From contig NC_067398.1 in NCBI RefSeq assembly GCF_016432865.1, positions 81,282,001 to 81,346,000 of the forward strand: a DNA stretch of 64,000 nucleotides, written 5' to 3'. This DNA is from Antechinus flavipes. Taxonomy: Eukaryota. Made by a program: the position numbers and the translations under genes. This document shows positions 51,626 to 62,520 of the stretch, one piece after another. Within the stretch, counting starts at the first letter, position 1. Every line of letters starts with the position of its first letter. The notes under the pieces were generated by a model. That model was not told the DNA's origin. It did not search any database and saw only the letters and a program-made list of their open reading frames with translations.

Positions 51626-54443
51626 CATCTTTTACTCTTTAAAAATAGTTCCTACCTGCCTATGTACATGCAGTGATCTTCCTGGTCTACTGGAAGCTCC
51701 TTGACGGCAAGGTCTGCGTGTGCTCAGGAAAGATCGTTGCACGCAGAAGGGATTCAGGGAATGTAGTGAGTCGGACTCACGCTTTCTATTTAATGCCCAG
51801 GATTGTCCACTTGATGAGCACTTATGAAGTGCCTACAAGTCTGGTTTAAGATGCTGGGAACATAAAAGACAGAAAACTGAAAAACGATCGGCCCTCCTGG
51901 AGTCTGCGTTGTAGTAGGGGTGGCGAGGCGGCTAGAACATTCTCCCAGAAAAGGAAGTTCAGGAAAACCTGGGGAGAGGGGTAATGTACCCATAAAGAGG
52001 AAGAGAGGATCCGCCAGCCCCAGAAAAGCCTGCCTGGGCCCTTCGGTGTGGTCTCGGAAGGAAAGACTCTGAAAGGTCAGCCCTGCAAAAGACACACATT
52101 CCGAACCTAGGGGAGGTCTGTCCCAAGGTATGCGGGCAGGGATGGAAAGTCAAGGTTAAGGAAAAGCAGATGGGCCAGTTTGACCAGGACGGAGACTGTG
52201 TGAAAGGCTGTAATGAGCAATAAGCTCAGAGAGAGCACTAAAGCTATGATAGTAGAATTATGAAGGGCTTCACACCTCAAACAAGCTAACCCTCTCCTTG
52301 TACAGATGCAAAAACCGAGGCCCAGGAAGGTCAGGAAGCTTTAGGCCAAGTTTCACAGATGCAGCCTTGGAAGGGACCTCAGGGGCCTCCTGGCTCAGTC
52401 CCCTCCATTTACAAGGGCAAAAGCTAGGGAGGTTGAGGACAAGATCCTGGGCAATGAGCTTCAAGGCAGGGTCTGCCCCCGCATCTCCTGACTCGGGCAC
52501 AATTTTTGCCATAAGATCTGACTGCCTCTGGCTAGCAGATTGTGAAGGGCTTTGAATGAGGTGCCTAGGATTTTGCACTTTATTTTAGGGGTAATAATAG
52601 GGAGCCACGGAAGGTTTCTAAACAGGAGAATGACATAGTCAGACCTGCGCTTTAAGATTAGTTTGGTTATGCGGAGGATGGCTCAGAGCAGGGAGAAAAT
52701 AGGAGGAGAGGACCCCGTTGGAAGGCCAGCCGAGCAGCCTGATGAGTGGAAAGAAGGGAACAGGTGGAGAGGTAGGGTCAACAAGCCTTGGCAGCTGACT
52801 GGAGTGGGGAGGGGGAGCTGGGAGCTGGGGCGAGGACAGAACCGAGGATGACTGCAAGGTTTCAGACTTAGATTGTGCCCTGCGTAAAAATAAGCAAGTT
52901 CCGGGGAGCGGGGTACGGAGAAGGCGCACGAGTTCCACTTTGGGCCTGCGGAGCTGGGGCTGCTAAGGAGGAGGATGTCCAAGTGGGGAGACGCGGCCCA
53001 CGCAGGGGCTTTCACCTGAGCAAAAATAGGGAGGGGCGTGTCTGGTGGCCCGACTCCTTGCCTTGTACACTTGCCGCTCCGGCAACGCCGGGGGTCCGGG
53101 CTGGCCCACTTGTGTGCAGGAGCCTCATCCACCCCTCCTAAATTCGGTCTTTTATAGGGGTCCAGCCCTCTCCAGCCGGAGATCAGAACGGGAGGCCAGT
53201 TTCATGCGCAGTGAGCACCACGAGACAGACCATCTTTGTAGTTTCTCGTGTTCGGTGGGTGCTTAATAAATGCTTGTTTTATGAACAGACCCCACAAATC
53301 GGGGAGCCCCGCACTTTCTGGCTGTGAGCCAGGAAGGGCCAAGCTTAGGGCAAAGTCCTGTCTCCACCTCCCTGGAGATCTGAGATGGGCGCCAGTGGCG
53401 CTGTCTCCTGAGCAGGCGCTGGCTCCAGAAGAGCTCGGGGCTGTGCCATCCAGACCCCGAGGGTATGGGGAGACACCCTTTCAGGGGAAGAAGAGGCTTC
53501 CCTTCTTGCCCCCCCCTTGCCAGCCCCGCCCACGGAAAGAACCTCAAGGAAATTTTCTCCCGCATCCCGGCTCACAGACTCCTCCCCAAGGTCTCCGGGC
53601 CTGGCCCACATCGCTTCTGCCTTTTTCTGTCAATTCCAGGAATGCTCGGCTCCCCCAGGCTTGGCACAGGCCTGGGCTGAGTCACTGGATGGGAGAGGGC
53701 AGCAAGAATGGGGGGTGTAGGGAGGAAAGCCTTGGGGAGGGAGCTTTTGGAGAAGGGGGTCCCACCGGCAGGGCAGGAGGCTCAAGCGGGGTGGGGGTGG
53801 AAGGGCCCCCTCCCATTCAGGGTCTCTGCCCAGAGCGGGGCCACTGTCCCTCCCCCAGCCCTCTCCTGGGGCAAGGCCCGCCCAGTCCCTGTCCCAGAGT
53901 CAGGTGTCTGCCATCCCCCCTCCGCCGCTCGAGCTCCCGCTCCCCCTGGTTTTCTGTGCCCTGCAGTGGGAGCCTGGCACTCACCTCTGGGCAGCCAGTT
54001 CTTGCTAGGGCTCTAGGGCAGGGCAGCACCAGGGTTGGGCTTCAGCAGCTGCTTCTCCTCCCCCCGCCGGTCCTTCCACCACCCATCTCCCCCCCCAGTC
54101 CCAGGGTGACCTCAGTAAGAATTTCAGGCAGTGGGCGGGGCCGCCGGGCTGCCGGGCAACGGGCTGGGGAGGCCCCGAGGGAAGGAGAGCCCAGCTGGCC
54201 CCTCCACACCAGCCTGGCCCGCGGCTGTTAGCGTGCCCTTCTCGCGGGGGAGGACCTTCAGGCTGGCACACCCTTCCTTAGTGCTTCCTGCCCCCAGGGA
54301 GGAGGGGGGTGACTGGGGCACACTGAAGTGGAGGTGTCCTGCGGTTCTGCCCTGACGCGTGGCCTTGCTCCCGGGTACCATTCCCAGGGCCTAGCTGGCA
54401 CTATGAATAACCCCCGGGGAAGTAAAGACCCGGGCGGCTTTAT

Positions 54444-54694
54444 TGTCTGGAGGGCACTGCCATCACCCCGGTGCCCAGATGGCACCGATAACCTAGGCTC
54501 TCCTAGTCATGCCAGGGGGTCCCCAATGTCTGGTGGGCACTGCCAGTCACCCCAGTGCCCACCTGACACTGATCACCCTAAGTTCTTCTTGTCCTCCTGG
54601 GGGTCTCTACTGTCTGATGGGCACTGCAGGTCACCCCCGTGCCCAGATGGCACTGTCAATAACTCATGGCTCTTCTCACCCCAGGGGTCCCTCC
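54444..54694. repeat. Diverged tandem repeat, 3 copies of 83-84 bp
   Basis: Units start with tgtctg at 54444, 54527 and 54611; each continues gggcactgc..tcacccc.gtgccca..tg.cac. Confidence 0.8.
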
Positions 54695-54899
54695 TGCCCG
54701 GTGACCGTTGCCCAGGCACCCAGCGGGCACTGCCAGGCTCAGCCCACATTCTCTGCCCTGCTGGCCGCACGCCAGTCAAGCCCAAGCTTCTTTCCCATGC
54801 CCAGCTGGCACCATCGCTCTCTCCAGGCCCCTCTGTGCTTGGGGGCCACGTCCGGCTCATCCCACTGGCTCTGCCCACTATCCTCCCCCAAGTCCTTGG

Positions 54900-55297
54900 A
54901 GCCCCTACAAAGTCTCGGGCGCCCCCTAGAAGCTGTTCCCCGGAAGCACAACAGCCTTGCTCCTTTCACTCCCCCTTCCCTTCCCTTCCCTTCCCTGACT
55001 CGCGTTGTGAGCATGCGCATTAGCTTCCGAAGCAGGAAGCAGCCGTGACGAACTTCCTATTTCATATCCCTCAAGTAGCAAAAAAGCCCTCCCCCTTAAG
55101 GGGTGTGGCCAGACCCCATCGCTTGACCTATGAGAGCTCTGGAGGCGTGGCATTGCTTGTAGCTAGGTCCTATGAAGGGAGAAGGAAGGCGTAGTCACAA
55201 GTCAGAACCCTCTCAGCGCGTAGGGGGCGTGGCCCACGCCTTCCCGGTTAGCCACCACGTGAGCTGCGCGCCGCTCAAGCTGAAGTGAGGAGCCAAC
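54900..55297. promoter_or_regulatory. Bidirectional PARP3/RRP9 promoter
   Basis: CpG-rich, with an NRF1-like GCATGCGCA (55011-55019), ETS-like caggaag/cttcc words, an E-box CACGTG (55256-55261) and a CTCF-like gcgccccctag at about 54919. It lies immediately upstream of the RRP9 ATG and head-to-head with PARP3. Confidence 0.75.
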
Positions 55298-55772
55298 ATG
55301 TCGGCGGCCGTAGCGGCTTCGGGAAAGCGGGGGAAGCCGGTGGGTCCGAGTGCTGGCAAGCGGCGGCGGAAGGTGAGGCCAGACATTTCCCCGGAACGGC
55401 ACTCGTTCCCTCCCCAGCGGGTGGGAGCAGCCCGGGTTCCTCCTCCTGAGCCCCCTGAGAGGCCGGCTCCGGGGCCCGTCTGTGGCCCGCGGGGTATCTG
55501 CGCCCCGCGGGCCCCTCTCGGCCCCGCGAGGTCCCTCTCTGCCCCGCAGAGCCGTCTGCGCCCCGCGGGCCCCTCTCGGCCCCGCAGGGCCGCTAGGTTC
55601 GCCACCCTCGGGGGCCCCAGCCTGCCACTGTCCCCAGGCGGGACCTCTGACTGGAGGGCGATGGCTTTTCTTGGCAGCCCGACGTGGAGGGGGAGCCGGG
55701 CCGGGCCAAGCTGGGCACCAAGAAGAGACCCAAGCTGAGTGAGGAGATTTCCAGCGACTCGGAGCCGGAAAG
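55298..55772 (+). CDS. RRP9: U3 snoRNP-associated 55 kDa protein (U3-55K), exons 1-2 only; the gene continues beyond the right edge
   Basis: Exon 55298-55372 encodes MSAAVAASGKRGKPVGPSAGKRRRK (NLS). Exon 55678-55772 encodes PDVEGEPGRAKLGTKKRPKLSEEISSDSEPE. Both have GT-AG ends, and synteny with PARP3 fits. Exon 3 was not found before 64000. Confidence 0.88.
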
Positions 55773-55919
55773 GTGCGTGGGCTGGGGCCCTTGGGGTGCG
55801 GGAGGTCCCTGCCACTGCTTAACCCCTCGCCGGTGACTCCGAGCGGGAGCTTCCATCCTAGAGTCTCGTCTGCTCCTCGTGCCCAGAATGTACCCTGCTT
55901 ACGGGAGGCTGGGCTCAGA

Positions 55920-55921
<2 letters not shown>

Positions 55922-55963
<42 letters not shown>

Positions 55964-58900
55964 CCTCTGTGTGTGTGTGTACCCTCTGTGTGTGTGTGTG
56001 TATCCTCTGTGTGTGTGTGTACATGTGTGTACCCTCTGTGTGTGTGTGTGTGTACCCTCTGCGTGTGTGTGTATCCTCTGTGTGTATGTGTGTGTACTCT
56101 ATGTGTGTACCCTCTGTGTGTGTGTGTGTGTACCCTCTGCGTGTGTGTGTATCCTCTGTGTGTGTGTACGTGTGTGTACCCTCTGTGTGTGTGTGTGTGT
56201 ACCCTCTGCGTGTGTGTGTATCCTCTGTGTGTGTGTACGTGTGTGTACCCTCTGTGTGTGTATATGTGTGTACCCTCTGTGTGTGTATATGTGTGTGTAC
56301 CCTCTGTATGTGTGTGTACCCTCTGTGTGTGTGTGTACCCTCTGCGTGTGTGTGTATGTGTGTGTACCCTCTGTGTGTGTGTGTGTGTACTCTGTGTGTG
56401 TGTATGTGTGTGTACCCTCTGTGTGTGTACGTGTGTACTCTGTGTGTGTGTGTACCCTCTGTGTGTGTGTGTACCCTCTGCGTGTGTGTGTGTGTACCCT
56501 CTGTGTGTGTGTGTGTACCCTCTGTGTGTGTGTGTGTACCCTCTGTGTGTGTGTGTATCCTCTGTGTGTACGTGTGTGTACCCTCTGTGTGTACGTGTGT
56601 GTACCCTCTGTGTGTGTGTGTGTACGTGTGTGTACCCTCTGTGTGTGTGTGTGTGTACCCTCTGCGTGTGTGTGTGTACCCTCTGTGTGTGTGTGTACGT
56701 GTGTGTACCCTCTGTGTGTGTGTGTGTACCCTCTGTGTGTGTGTGTGTACCCTCTGTGTGTGTGTACCCTCTGTGTGTATGTGTGTGTGTGTACCCTCTG
56801 TGTGTGTATATGTGTGTACCCTCTGCGTGTGTGTGCGTATGTGTGTGTGTACCCTCTGCGTGTGTGTGTACCCTCTGTGTGTGTGTGTACCCTCTGTGTG
56901 TGTGTGTGTGTACCCTCTGTGTGTGTGTGTACCCTCTGCGTGTGTGTGTACCCTCTGTGTGTGTGTGTACCCTCTGTGTCTGTGTGTGTGTACCCTCTGT
57001 GTGTGTGTACCCTCTGTGTGTATGTGTGTGTGTGTACCCTCTGTGTGTGTGTGTGTACCCTCTGTGTGTGTGTGTGTACCCTCTGTGTGTGTGTGTGTAC
57101 CCTCTGTGTGTGTGTACCCTCTGTGTGTATGTGTGTGTGTGTACCCTCTGTGTGTGTATATGTGTGTACCCTCTGCGTGTGTGTGCGTATGTGTGTGTGT
57201 ACCCTCTGCGTGTGTGTGTACCCTCTGTGTGTGTGTGTACCCTCTGTGTGTGTGTGTGTGTACCCTCTGCGTGTGTGTGTACCCTCTGCGTGTGTGTGTA
57301 CCCTCTGTGTCTGTGTGTGTGTACCCTCTGTGTGTGTGTGTACCCTCTGCGTGTGTGTGTGTGTACCCTCTGTGTGTGTGTGTGTACCCTCTGTGTGTGT
57401 GTGTGTACCCTCTGTGTGTACGTGTGTGTACCCTCTGCGTGTGTGTACGTGTGTGTACCCTCTGCGTGTGTGTACGTGTGTGTACCCTCTGTGTGTGTGT
57501 GTGTGTACCCTCTGTGTGTGTGTGTGTGTACCCTCTGTGTGTGTGTGTACGTGTGTGTACCCTCTGCGTGTGTGTACGTGTGTGTACCCTCTGTGTGTGT
57601 GTGTGTGTACCCTCTGTGTGTGTGTACGTGTGTGTACCCTCTGTGTGTGTGTGTGTACCCTCTGTGTGTGTGTATCCTCTGTGTGTGTGTGTACCCTCTG
57701 CGTGTGTGTGTACCCTCTGTATGTGTGTGTACCCTCTGTGTGTGTGTGTACCCTCTGCGTGTGTGTGTATGTGTGTGTACCCTCTGTGTGTGTGTGTGTG
57801 TACTCTGTGTGTGTGTATGTGTGTGTACCCTCTGTGTGTGTACGTGTGTACTCTGTGTGTGTGTGTACCCTCTGTGTGTGTGTGTACCCTCTGCGTGTGT
57901 GTGTGTACCCTCTGTGTGTGTGTGTACCCTCTGTGTGTGTGTGTGTGTACCCTCTGTGTGTGTGTGTGTACCCTCTGTGTGTGTGTGTATCCTCTGTGTG
58001 TACGTGTGTGTACCCTCTGTGTGTACGTGTGTGTACCCTCTGTGTGTGTGTGTGTGTACCCTCTGTGTGTGTGTGTGTGTACCCTCTGTGTGTGTGTGTA
58101 CGTGTGTGTACCCTCTGCGTGTGTGTACGTGTGTGTACCCTCTGTGTGTGTGTGTGTGTACCCTCTGTGTGTGTGTACGTGTGTGTACCCTCTGTGTGTG
58201 TGTGTGTACCCTCTGTGTGTGTGTATCCTCTGTGTGTGTGTGTACCCTCTGCGTGTGTGTGTACCCTCTGTATGTGTGTGTACCCTCTGTGTGTGTGTGT
58301 ACCCTCTGCGTGTGTGTGTATGTGTGTGTACCCTCTGTGTGTGTGTGTGTGTACTCTGTGTGTGTGTATGTGTGTGTACCCTCTGTGTGTGTACGTGTGT
58401 ACTCTGTGTGTGTGTGTACCCTCTGTGTGTGTGTGTACCCTCTGCGTGTGTGTGTGTACCCTCTGTGTGTGTGTGTACCCTCTGTGTGTGTGTGTGTGTA
58501 CCCTCTGTGTGTGTGTGTGTACCCTCTGTGTGTGTGTGTGTATCCTCTGTGTGTACGTGTGTGTACCCTCTGTGTGTACGTGTGTGTACCCTCTGTGTGT
58601 GTGTGTGTACGTGTGTGTACCCTCTGCGTGTGTGTGTGTACCCTCTGTGTGTGTGTGTACGTGTGTGTACCCTCTGTGTGTGTGTGTGTACCCTCTGTGT
58701 GTGTGTGTGTACCCTCTGTGTGTGTGTATCCTCTGTGTGTGTGTGTGTGTGTGTACCCTCTGCGTGTGTGTGTGTGTACCCTCTGTGTGTGTGTGTATGT
58801 GTGTGTACCCTCTGTGTGTGTGTGTACCCTCTGTGTGTGTGTACCCTCTGTGTGTGTGTGTACCCTCTGCGTGTGTGTGTATGTGTGTGTACCCTCTGTG

Positions 58901-59187
58901 TGTGTACATGTGTGTACCCTGTGTGTGTGTATGTGTGTGTACCCTCTGTGTGTGTACGTGTGTACTGTGTGTGTGTGTACCCTCTGTGTCTGTGTGTGTG
59001 TACCCTCTGTGTGTGTGTGTACCCTCTGTGTGTGTGTGTACCCTCTGTGTCTGTGTGTGTACCCTCTCTGTGTGTGTGTACCCTCTGCATGTGTGTGTAT
59101 GTGTGTGTACCCTCTATGTGTGTGTGTGTACCCTCTGTGTGTGTATGTGTGTGTGTATACCCTCTGCGTGTGTGTGTGTACCCTCTG

Positions 59188-59220
<33 letters not shown>

Positions 59221-59250
59221 CCTCTGCGTGTCTGCATCTGCATGTGTGTA
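55922..59250. repeat. 3.3-kb compound satellite: (TG)n tracts separated by ACCCTC, with variants ATCCTC, ACTC, CG and TA
   Basis: Directly visible. It starts with (GT)20, has units of about 15-25 bp and contains higher-order duplications at offsets 350 and 551 bp. Confidence 0.99.
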
Positions 59251-59533
59251 TATCTAGACACAGAGAGGGGTGGATGCACACACAGCTATAAGTGCGTACA
59301 CATTATTTACTCCCATACATTTAAGCTCCTCGAGGTCATGAGCTGTTGTTTGTATCCCCAGCACCTAGCTCCTGTTGACCCATCCCAGGGAACACAATCA
59401 TTAGACACTTAATAAATGCATGTTAAGTTTAACACTAGTTTATGAATGAATCAATAACGAATTAATCACTAAATCTAATGTCTTTTTTTCAATCCCTTTT
59501 TTATCCTTTCTGTACATTTTGCCTCTGATGACT

Positions 59534-59670
59534 TTTTTTTTTTTTTTTTTTTTGCACTGAGGCATTGGGGTTAAGTGACTTGCATAGGGTCACACAACTA
59601 GGAAGTGTTAAGTGTCTGAGGTCAGATTTGAACTCTGGTACTCTATCCATTGGGTCATTTAGCTGTTCCA
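59534..59670 (-). mobile_element. WSINE1/Mar1-like SINE with TSD
   Basis: T-tract plus SINE body, with an 8-bp TSD tgatgact at 59526-59533 and 59671-59678. Confidence 0.85.
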
Positions 59671-59924
59671 TGATGACTGTTTTTTTAATGGTTTGTCCTA
59701 AATTTGTGACACTGATTTCTCCTAATTTTCTTCCTATTTTTCTCACTGCTCTTTTTAAGTCTTCTTTGCTGGATATTCTTTTACCTACAAATGGTCCCTC
59801 AAATAGCCTGAGCCCTCTTCACTTCTCTTTCTACCTTATTACACTTGGTAATCTCTTTAACATCATCTCTATGTGGGTGATTCTCAAATCTATATTTTTT
59901 AATCTAGCTCTGACCTTCTTGACC

Positions 59925-62520
59925 TTCAATTTTTTTTATTATAGTTTTTTATATACAAAACATGCATGGGTAATTTTTCAACATTGACTCTTGCAAAAAC
60001 TTCTGTTTCAGCTTTTCCCCTTCTTCCCTCCACCCCCTCCCCTAGATGGCAGGTAATCCCATACATGTTAGATATGTTAAGGTATATGTTAAATACAGTA
60101 TATGTACAAGTTATCTTGTTGCATAAGAAAGATTGACTTTTGAAAGAAGATAAAAATAACCTGAGAAGAATAAAACAAAAGTGCAAGCAAACAATAACAG
60201 AAAAAGTTGAACTGCCGTTTTTTAGACATCTTGAAATGGATGTTTCATAGCATAACCAAAAAAACCTCTTTACCATTTCCCCAAACTTCCCCGATTTTAA
60301 ACTTGTTAATTTTGATAACACCATCATCGTCCGTCTCCCCACCTAGGCTTCCTTGACCCCTCATTATCACAGCACATATTGAATCTCTTGACACAATCTT
60401 GATCTCATGATATCTCTTGTCTATGTCCTCTTCTATTCACTTACATGGACACGTTCTATTTTTTTTTTTTTTGAGGTGTGAATACAGATTTTTTTTTTTA
60501 TTTTTAATAATGATAACTTTATTGACAGAACCTATGCCTGGGTAATTTTTTTTTTTACAACATTATCTCTTGTACTCACTTCTGTTCTGACTTTTCCCTT
60601 CCCTCTCTCCCCCCCTCCCCTAGATGGCAAGCAGTCCTATACATGTTAAATATGTCACAGTATATCCTAGATACAATATATGTGTGCAGAACTGAACAGT
60701 TCTTTTGTTGCACAGGAAGAATTGGATTCAGAAGGTAAAAAAATAACCCGGGAAGAAAAACAAAAATGCAAACAGTTTACATTCATTTCCCAGTGTTTTT
60801 TCTTTGGGTGTAGCTGCTTCTGTTCATCATCGATCAATTGAAACTGAGTTAGATCTTCTCTTTGTCAAAGAAATCCACTTCCTTCAGAATACATCCTTAT
60901 ACAGTATCATTGTTGAGGTATATAATGATCTCCTGGTTCTGCTCATTTCACTCAGCATCAGTTCATGTAAGTTTTTCCAAACCTCTCTGTATCTTCATCC
61001 TGCTGGTCATTTCTTTTGAAAAAAATTTCTTTACAAAATTATCCCTTGCACTCACTTCTGTTCTGATTTTTTCCCACCTCCCTCCACCTCCCCCCCCCTC
61101 CTCCCCCAATGGCAAGCAGTCCTATACATGTTAAATAGGTTACAGTATATCCTAGATACAATATATATGTGTGCAGAACCGAACAGTTCTCTTGTTGCAT
61201 AGGAAGAATTGGATTCAGAAGGTAAAAATAACCTGGGAAGAAAAGCAAAAATGCAAGCAGATTATATTCATTTCCCAGTATTCTTTCTTTGGGTGTAGCT
61301 GCTTCTGTCCATCCTTGATCAGTTGAAACTGAATTAGCTCTCTTTATCGAAGAGATCCACTTCCATCAGAATACATCCTCAAACAGTATCGTTGTTGAGG
61401 TATATAATGATCTGGTTCTGCTCATTTCACTTGGCATCAGTTCATGTAAGTCTCGCCAGTCCTCTCTGTATTCATCCTGCTGGTCATTCCTTACAGAACA
61501 ATAATATTCCATAACATTCATATACCACAATTTACCCAAACATTCTCCAATTGATGGGCATCCATTCATTTTCCAGCTTCTAGCCACTACAAACATGACT
61601 GCCACAAACATTTTGGCACATACAGGTCCCTTTCCCTTCTTTAGTATCTCTTTGGGGTATAAGCCCAGTAGAAACACTGCTGGATGAAAGGTTATGCACA
61701 GTTTGATAACTTTTTGGGCATAATTCCAGATTGTTCTCCAGAATGGCTGGATTTGTTCACAACTCCACCAACAGTCCATCAGTGTCCCAGTTTTCCCACA
61801 TCCCCTCCAACATTCATTATTATTTTTTTCCTGACAGGTGTATAGTGGTATCTCAGAGTTGTTTTAATGTGCATTTCTCTGATCAATAGTGATTTGGAAC
61901 ACTCTTTCATATGAGGGGAAATAGTTTCAATTTCATCATCTGTAAATTGTCTGTTCATATCCTGTGATCATTTATCAATTGAAGAATGGCTTGATTTTTT
62001 GTAAATTAGAGTCAATTCTCTATATATTTTGGAAATGAGAACCTATAACTGTGAAGATGTTTTCCCAGTTTGTTGCTTCCCTTCTAATTTTGTTTGCATT
62101 CGTTTTGTTTGTAGAATCAAAATTTTCTATTTTGTGATCAATAATGATCTCTAGTTCATCTTTGGTCACAAATTCCTTCCTCCTCCACAAGTCTGAGAGG
62201 TAAACTATCCTATGCTCCTCTAATTTATTTATAATCTTGTTCTTTATGCCTAAATCATGGGTCCATTTTGATCTTATCTTGGTGTATGGTGTTAAGTATA
62301 GGTCCATGCCTAATTTCTGCCATACTAATTTCCAGTTTTCCCAACAGTTTTTGTCAAATAATGAATTCTTATCCAAAAAGTTGGGATCAAACACTAGATT
62401 GCTATAGTTATTGACTCTTTTGTCTTGTGACCCTAAGCTATTCCACTGATCAACTAATCTATTTCTTAGCCACTACCAAATGGTTTTGGTGACTGCTGCT
62501 TTATAATATAGTTTTAGATC
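59925..62520 (-). mobile_element. Cluster of three marsupial LINE-1 3' fragments (about 59925-60230, 60490-61015 and 61025-62520) in RRP9 intron 2
   Basis: Repeated L1 3'UTR text (cccctagatggcaagcagtcctatacatgttaaa...ggattcagaaggtaaaaataacc). Minus-strand ORF2-like translations occur at 61366-61779 and 62020-62394 (WENWKLVWQKLG...LTPYTKIRSKW). Confidence 0.9.

Noticed and set aside
55922-59250. Interstitial telomeric repeat
   Set aside because: The spacer reads GAGGGT on the minus strand within CA tracts; no TTAGGG arrays are present.
55773-59412. Five or six ORFs of 936-1177 aa rich in Cys-Val or His-Thr
   Set aside because: They are translations of the (TG)n-ACCCTC satellite, which cannot form stop codons. 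They are open in nearly all frames on both strands and lie in an intron.
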